Positions 27,189 through 32,000 of a stretch of 32,000 nt of DNA are shown here, one piece after another. The translations under genes were made by a program, and so were the position numbers. The stretch covers positions 2,220,001-2,252,000 of the forward strand of contig JAIZWK010000001.1 of assembly GCA_021498095.1 (NCBI GenBank), written 5' to 3'. The notes under the pieces are model-generated. The model saw only the letters and a list, made by a program, of their open reading frames with translations. It had not been told where the DNA came from and made no database searches. This DNA is from Candidatus Harpocratesius repetitus (GTDB taxonomy: Archaea > Asgardarchaeota > Lokiarchaeia > Sigyniarchaeales > Promethearchaeaceae). Each line of letters opens with the position of its first letter. Within the stretch, counting starts at the first letter, position 1.

Positions 27189-28556
27189 TTAGATAAATAA
27201 AAACAATATTCTGCAAATTAACCATGTTCCATAAGCAAAAAAGGCCAATATTAATAATATTTTATAGATTTTTACATAAATTGTATTTTCTTTCCGTTTT
27301 TGATGAAATCTTTTTTCTGCTAAATACCATCCAATTCCTAAAGTGAATGTAATTAATACATTCAAGGGATAATACCACAGATAATTAATGGGATTTCCAT
27401 CAAATACATCTGGTGTACTTGATATTCCATCGTACATTTGCAAAAAGAATTGATATATAATAGAAAAATAGAATATCTGAGCCAAAAGAATATGATAAGT
27501 GGATTTACTAATGAGACGGAAGAAATCAGCAACTTTTCCTTTTGGGTTTTTAGGAATGAGACGCATTGCTATTAGGAAAAGTCCTGCAGAATACATGAAG
27601 TAAAATAAATGATAATCTCCAAATGGAAAAGGAATTGGAAGCATTTCTAAATAATTGAAAATCATATATGTTAATCCAATTGGAAAAAGAATCCAAGTAT
27701 ACAAATTTCGGAGAGCGTTCCATCGATAATTTGTTGAAAACCACAATCCCATCCCTACAGCACTTAACATGGAACTAATGCTATATAAGAAGAAAATTAT
27801 ATGCACATCAAAGTATCCATTATTTTGGATAATGATCATCGCTGAAATACCATGTGTTAACATTTCAATTATAAATGTACAAATCAGAGTTAAAATTGGT
27901 AATTTTGTATAACAATAATACAATAAAGGAAAAATTAGGATAGAACCAAACAAAACAGGAATAAACCATAATCCTGGACCGTAAAAGAATGTGAATCCTA
28001 AATAACGAAAAGCAGGTTGATCATAAAAAAATACTCCGTTGACAGGGATGTGTGCAAGATTTGTTACTAATCGTATAATCCCATGGATTAAATATAAAAA
28101 AAGATAAGGGATCATATAACGTCGTAATTTAGCTTCAAAATACTTGAATGAATAAAGTTCTTTAAGAGAATTAACTGATCTTTGGTGGAAAGAATATCCC
28201 ATATTAAATCCCATAATTATCATTAATATAGGTATTGATATCCGCTCCCAAAAAGACGAGTAATATTGATGAAGAAATTGATGAGTAAAACTGTGATCCA
28301 TTATAACTAAAGCTAACATGATAGCCTTCAGCATATCTATTTGAAAAAAGTGCATTGATTTCTCTTGATTATCATTTTGTTCTTCTAAATGTAAATCAGA
28401 TGATATTGATTCATTTGTTGATTGAATTGCTGATTGATTTATCTGTATATTTTCTCTATGATTTTCTGCTTGGTTTTCAACTTTATTTTCTATTTTCGTA
28501 ATTTTCTTGAAAGAAGCGTTCATTTTTTTCCACAAATGTTCATCAATGAATTTCAA
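27189..28556 (-). CDS. Acyltransferase family 3 (OafA-like) membrane protein
   Basis: FQIDMLKAIMLALVIMDH, FMIIMG, GPGLWFIPVLF, SKSTYHILLAQ; about 10 TM segments. True start is uncertain. Confidence 0.8.
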   Translation of the reverse strand: MKFIDEHLWKKMNASFKKITKIENKVENQAENHRENIQINQSAIQSTNESISSDLHLEEQNDNQEKSMHFFQIDMLKAIMLALVIMDHSFTHQFLHQYYSSFWERISIPILMIIMGFNMGYSFHQRSVNSLKELYSFKYFEAKLRRYMIPYLFLYLIHGIIRLVTNLAHIPVNGVFFYDQPAFRYLGFTFFYGPGLWFIPVLFGSILIFPLLYYCYTKLPILTLICTFIIEMLTHGISAMIIIQNNGYFDVHIIFFLYSISSMLSAVGMGLWFSTNYRWNALRNLYTWILFPIGLTYMIFNYLEMLPIPFPFGDYHLFYFMYSAGLFLIAMRLIPKNPKGKVADFFRLISKSTYHILLAQIFYFSIIYQFFLQMYDGISSTPDVFDGNPINYLWYYPLNVLITFTLGIGWYLAEKRFHQKRKENTIYVKIYKILLILAFFAYGTWLICRILFLFI

Positions 28557-28622
28557 ATTCCATTCTGGATCGTAATTTTCTCGAATGGAATAATTATTCT
28601 TCTTTAATTATCAAATCCTTTT

Positions 28623-29261
28623 TTAATCTTTTTCTCTTTTTGTTATAGGTTGACGGAGAATTGTTTTTAATTTTTCGGGTTCAATTTTTCGGGGATCACT
28701 TAAGTAAATTTCATGATGCTTACCTGATAATAAATATCCATTATCCTTAGCAAACTGATGCATTTTCTTTATTATTGGTGGTTCATCATTATATGGCCCA
28801 ACATACAGCAATTGAACACATTCACCTTCATCATAACTTTCCCAATATAATTTGGGTTGCATTTTAGGATTTTTAGATTCTTTTAATATTGTTACAGCTA
28901 GATTTATTTGATTCTCTTTTACAAAATCAGGTATTCTTATCATCATTATCCACTGCCATTGTTCTTTATTTTCCATAGACCATTTATTCATATCATCCAT
29001 AAACCATAGTCCTTCTAATGGAGGAACAACATAATCATTCTCTGGTTGCTGCTTTTTGATAACTTTCATTTTCAAAGTATATGAAATACTATATAGCAAT
29101 TGTACAGCTTCTTGATATTCTTTAGAATTGTTTGGATTACCCTTTCCATTAACCATAAAAAATTTCATTTTGGGGATTGTAATAAAAACTGGGGTTTCTC
29201 TTGGGGGATTATACAACTCTGGGAATTCTTTTTTAAAATCTATTTTTTTCTTTGATGACAT
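28623..29261 (-). CDS. GyrI-like small-molecule-binding domain protein
   Basis: DFKKEFPELY, GKGNPN, VPPLEGLW, YVGPYNDE, HHEIYLSDPR..KLKTILRQP. Confidence 0.85.
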   Translation of the reverse strand: MSSKKKIDFKKEFPELYNPPRETPVFITIPKMKFFMVNGKGNPNNSKEYQEAVQLLYSISYTLKMKVIKKQQPENDYVVPPLEGLWFMDDMNKWSMENKEQWQWIMMIRIPDFVKENQINLAVTILKESKNPKMQPKLYWESYDEGECVQLLYVGPYNDEPPIIKKMHQFAKDNGYLLSGKHHEIYLSDPRKIEPEKLKTILRQPITKREKD

Positions 29262-29409
29262 TGACTTTTTTCCTTCTAATTATGATAATGAAAAAAAAGG
29301 AGTGATTATGTTCTTAAATTCTAAAAATCAAGTGCTTAAGTATCTGATTTATTAAACTTATTTACACTTATTTACACATATCCACTCTATTTTTCGATCT
29401 TCTATTTCT

Positions 29410-29541
29410 TTAACTGCGAGGTTTAAAACTGTGAGTTGGGCAGTTCTCAACATTCATTGTAGCAGGAACTTCATGTCCAAAACAGTCCCCTTTCGATTCA
29501 TCAATTGGTTTATAATATTCACAATCTTTACATTGACTCAT
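29410..29541 (-). CDS. 43-aa four-Cys protein, HiPIP-like / benzylsuccinate synthase gamma (BssC)-like (not in the ORF track)
   Basis: MSQCKDCEYYKPIDESKGDCFGHEVPATMNVENCPTHSFKPRS; AGGTGA ribosome-binding motif 5 nt upstream of the ATG. Confidence 0.78.
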   Translation of the reverse strand: MSQCKDCEYYKPIDESKGDCFGHEVPATMNVENCPTHSFKPRS

Positions 29542-29685
29542 TATTTTCACCTATACAGCGTAATAATCAACCTTAATGTCTTATTATTCAAAATGCGAAT
29601 TTTTAAGAGATCAGGTTATTACTACTACCTTTATTTTCCTAAACACTTTATTTTGTGTATAAATGTTTAGGTGATTTGAAATTAT

Positions 29686-29743
29686 ATTTGTGACAATAAA
29701 AATATTTTTTAAAAAGAAAATTAATATTAAATTAGTCACAAAT
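29686..29743. promoter_or_regulatory. 9-bp perfect inverted repeat with 40-bp spacer in the divergent promoter region
   Basis: ATTTGTGAC at 29686-29694 and GTCACAAAT at 29735-29743. Confidence 0.4.
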
Positions 29744-29785
29744 TAAAAATAGAGGTTATTTCTAATTAATCAAAATCAAGTTCAA

Positions 29786-30790
29786 TTGCGCACCTTTTTC
29801 AGTGAATTGGGATTGAATGAAAATCAAATTGAAATCTTTTTCCTATTATTAACAAAAAATAGTCTTACTATTTCTGAGATTCAAGAAGAAACAAGTCAAT
29901 CATATTCCCAAACGGTTGTAAATCTCAAATACCTTCAAAAATTAGGGCTTTTAACTGTAGAAAACTGTAAACCAAAAAAAGTTCATTTATTTGATCCAAA
30001 AATATCAATACAACAACTAATTGAAAAAAAAAACGAATATTTCCAGCAGAATTTAGAAAAAATCGAAAGAGAAATAAAAATACAGACAAGCCATTTCGGT
30101 GTATGTGCAAAGGAAATTTCCCATTATTATTATTCTGATATAGGATTAGGTATTGAAAGGTGGTTTCGATTAATCTATAATGCAGAAAAATCTATTGTCC
30201 TTTCATCTCTTCCTTTGAAAATATATAAGCGAATTGAACCTGCATTAAAGCATGCGTTTCAAAAAGGAATTCAAATTCAAATTTACTATTCTCGATTGGA
30301 TTTTAATTTTGAGAATCAAGAGATGGAAGTTTTAGAAAAAATAATGGATATTCTTCAGAATTTGCGTTTTAATTTGATAGAATTAGAAGAAAAAACGTGT
30401 CAGAATGTTGGATTTAATAATCAAATAATTCAGAATGGATTTCTTCTAATTGATAACATTTTTTTTAATTCACTGGGATTTTTAGATGAAAAGGTGTTCT
30501 ACATTCATGGCTTTTATTCAAAGAATACCGTTGAACAAATTACTCGCCTTTTTCAGTTGAAAACCCCAAAAAAACATATAGAATTGAAATATCCAAAGGT
30601 GTATAGCAAAATAATCCAGATAATTCAAACAAACCAAAATCCTATTAAAACTCGAGATCTCAGTAGAATTATCGGAATTGGGGGAACTAAGCTTAAACAA
30701 ATGTTAGATTTTTTAGTGAGAGAAGGTGAAATTCAGAAAAAAATTGTCAGTTCTACTCGAGGTCGTCCTGCTGTTTATTATTTTTATTAA
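29786..30790 (+). CDS. TrmB-family transcriptional regulator with an additional C-terminal winged HTH
   Basis: ELGLNENQ..LTISEIQEETSQSYSQTVVNLKYLQKLGL (TrmB wHTH); central effector domain (NAEKSIVL); C-terminal KTRDLSRIIGIGGTKL..RGRPAVYY. Confidence 0.8.
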   Translation: MRTFFSELGLNENQIEIFFLLLTKNSLTISEIQEETSQSYSQTVVNLKYLQKLGLLTVENCKPKKVHLFDPKISIQQLIEKKNEYFQQNLEKIEREIKIQTSHFGVCAKEISHYYYSDIGLGIERWFRLIYNAEKSIVLSSLPLKIYKRIEPALKHAFQKGIQIQIYYSRLDFNFENQEMEVLEKIMDILQNLRFNLIELEEKTCQNVGFNNQIIQNGFLLIDNIFFNSLGFLDEKVFYIHGFYSKNTVEQITRLFQLKTPKKHIELKYPKVYSKIIQIIQTNQNPIKTRDLSRIIGIGGTKLKQMLDFLVREGEIQKKIVSSTRGRPAVYYFY

Positions 30791-31095
30791 TATATTTTTA
30801 GAAATATGATTTTTTTGAAAACTTAGCTCATAACCAGTGTGTATGAACAAAACTTTATATAATCCTATTTTTTGCATTCTTTTATTGATTTTAATTGAAT
30901 GGATTAGATTTTAAAATTTTACATAAAATAGAGCGAGTTTATTTGAGTTTTTAATATTCTCACGATGCTTATTGATATGTTTTAAGATCTTTTTTTTTGA
31001 TTACACATTGAAAGGACATAAAATAACAAACATTTATATATGATACACACTATTATTTAATTGTAATACACACTCATTACATAAAGTGAAAAATT

Positions 31096-31176
31096 ATGAA
31101 TCAATTAAATTACAATAATAGATACCCCCAATACCGATATCAAATTCAATTTGAAAATCGATTTGTTGCTTATTAA
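31096..31176 (+). CDS. Putative small protein A (26 aa)
   Basis: MNQLNYNNRYPQYRYQIQFENRFVAY; AAGTGA upstream, TATA at 31033-31040, T-tract downstream. Confidence 0.45.
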   Translation: MNQLNYNNRYPQYRYQIQFENRFVAY

Positions 31177-31251
31177 GAAATAGATGAATTCCTGTAGTTA
31201 TACCTTTTTTTTGATAATATTTAAACCAAAATAAAATTCAAGGTGAATTAA

Positions 31252-31341
31252 ATGAACCAAATGCATAATCGAAACCAACAAAAAAATCTTAATCGCATCC
31301 AAGCCGAAAATGAGACTTTCTATCTCCGATTTCGCTTCTGA
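31252..31341 (+). CDS. Putative small protein B (29 aa), related to A
   Basis: MNQMHNRNQQKNLNRIQAENETFYLRFRF; AGGTGA upstream, T-tract downstream. Confidence 0.5.
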   Translation: MNQMHNRNQQKNLNRIQAENETFYLRFRF

Positions 31342-31484
31342 ACAGAAATCTCAAATTTTATTTATATTTTTTTCCACTCCCTTTTTTACCTTAATGAAAG
31401 ATTATTGGCGAAATAAATTAAGATTAAGAAGAAAATATACAGAAAACTATTATTATTTCTTTGATTTAGCTGAATTTGATTAGA

Positions 31485-32000
31485 ATGAAATTTTATGATA
31501 TCAGCTTACAAATTGACGAAACTCTTCTAAATTATCCTGGTGATCCTCCTGTAAAATTTCAGAAAATAGAGACAATTGGAAAAAGCCAATGGAATTTATC
31601 AATAATCTCACTTAGCGCACATTCAGGAACACACGTTGATTCTGACTTGCATATATCTGCTACTGGGAGACCTGCCAGCGAAATAAATTTAGAGCAATGT
31701 TATGGAAAAGCATTAGTGGTTGATCTAACTGAATTATCTCTTGGGGAAATGATCCAAATTCATCATCTTAAGAATTTTATTATTCATCCTCAAGATTGGA
31801 CAAATTTAATTATCTTGTTTAAAACGGGTAATTCTAAAATTGGATATGATACTTTTCATGAAGATTGGGTAGGGCTTTCACTCGAAGGGGCTAATTTTCT
31901 AAGAAAATGTGGTATCAAAGCTGTAGGAATTGATTCACTTACAATCGGAACATATGATACTCATAAAGAATTACTATTACATCAAATCTTGGTGTATGAA
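31485..32000 (+). CDS. Cyclase-family metal-dependent hydrolase (kynurenine formamidase-like); 3'-truncated, not in the ORF track
   Basis: MKFYDISLQI..YPGDPP..AHSGTHVDS (HxGTHxD)..ILFKTG..AVGIDSLT; frame is open to the window end. Confidence 0.9.
   Translation, partial: MKFYDISLQIDETLLNYPGDPPVKFQKIETIGKSQWNLSIISLSAHSGTHVDSDLHISATGRPASEINLEQCYGKALVVDLTELSLGEMIQIHHLKNFIIHPQDWTNLIILFKTGNSKIGYDTFHEDWVGLSLEGANFLRKCGIKAVGIDSLTIGTYDTHKELLLHQILVYE

Noticed and set aside
29431-29670. 79-aa plus-strand ORF in the track
   Set aside because: It lies antisense to the 43-aa four-Cys gene, which has a ribosome-binding motif and a recognisable pattern.
394-30700. Short ORF-track entries overlapping long genes (394, 4021, 6808, 6861, 11553, 12186, 15495, 16440, 19803, 19819, 20974, 22471, 22983, 27550, 29128, 29925, 30518)
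   Set aside because: Antisense or alternate-frame shadows of well-supported genes, with no motifs of their own.

Overview
AT-rich (roughly 30% GC by eye) chromosomal segment, most likely from an Asgard archaeon of the Lokiarchaeia type. This assignment is inferred from a Cdc6/Orc1 gene, a TrmB regulator, a Rag/Arf-like small GTPase with a C-terminal extension, a longin-like protein and an IPGY-type C-terminal sorting signal. The window has about 30 genes for metabolism, signalling, membrane and surface functions, an IS4/IS5-like insertion sequence, and a decayed transposase remnant beside it. No rRNA, tRNA or CRISPR array was found. The best leads, some missing from the ORF track, are: (1) a 43-aa four-Cys HiPIP/BssC-like protein (29410-29541, minus strand) divergent from a TrmB regulator; (2) an apparently circularly permuted PIN domain (18023-18751); (3) a surface protein with an HFS motif and a frameshift, paired with a membrane-spanning tandem-wHTH regulator that shares its extracellular motif (23911-25938); (4) two related 26/29-aa small ORFs (31096-31341); (5) a non-coding array with exact 29-bp periodicity (26170-26268); (6) a membrane protein with a Lys-rich tandem-repeat tail. 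All calls are by eye, without database searches.
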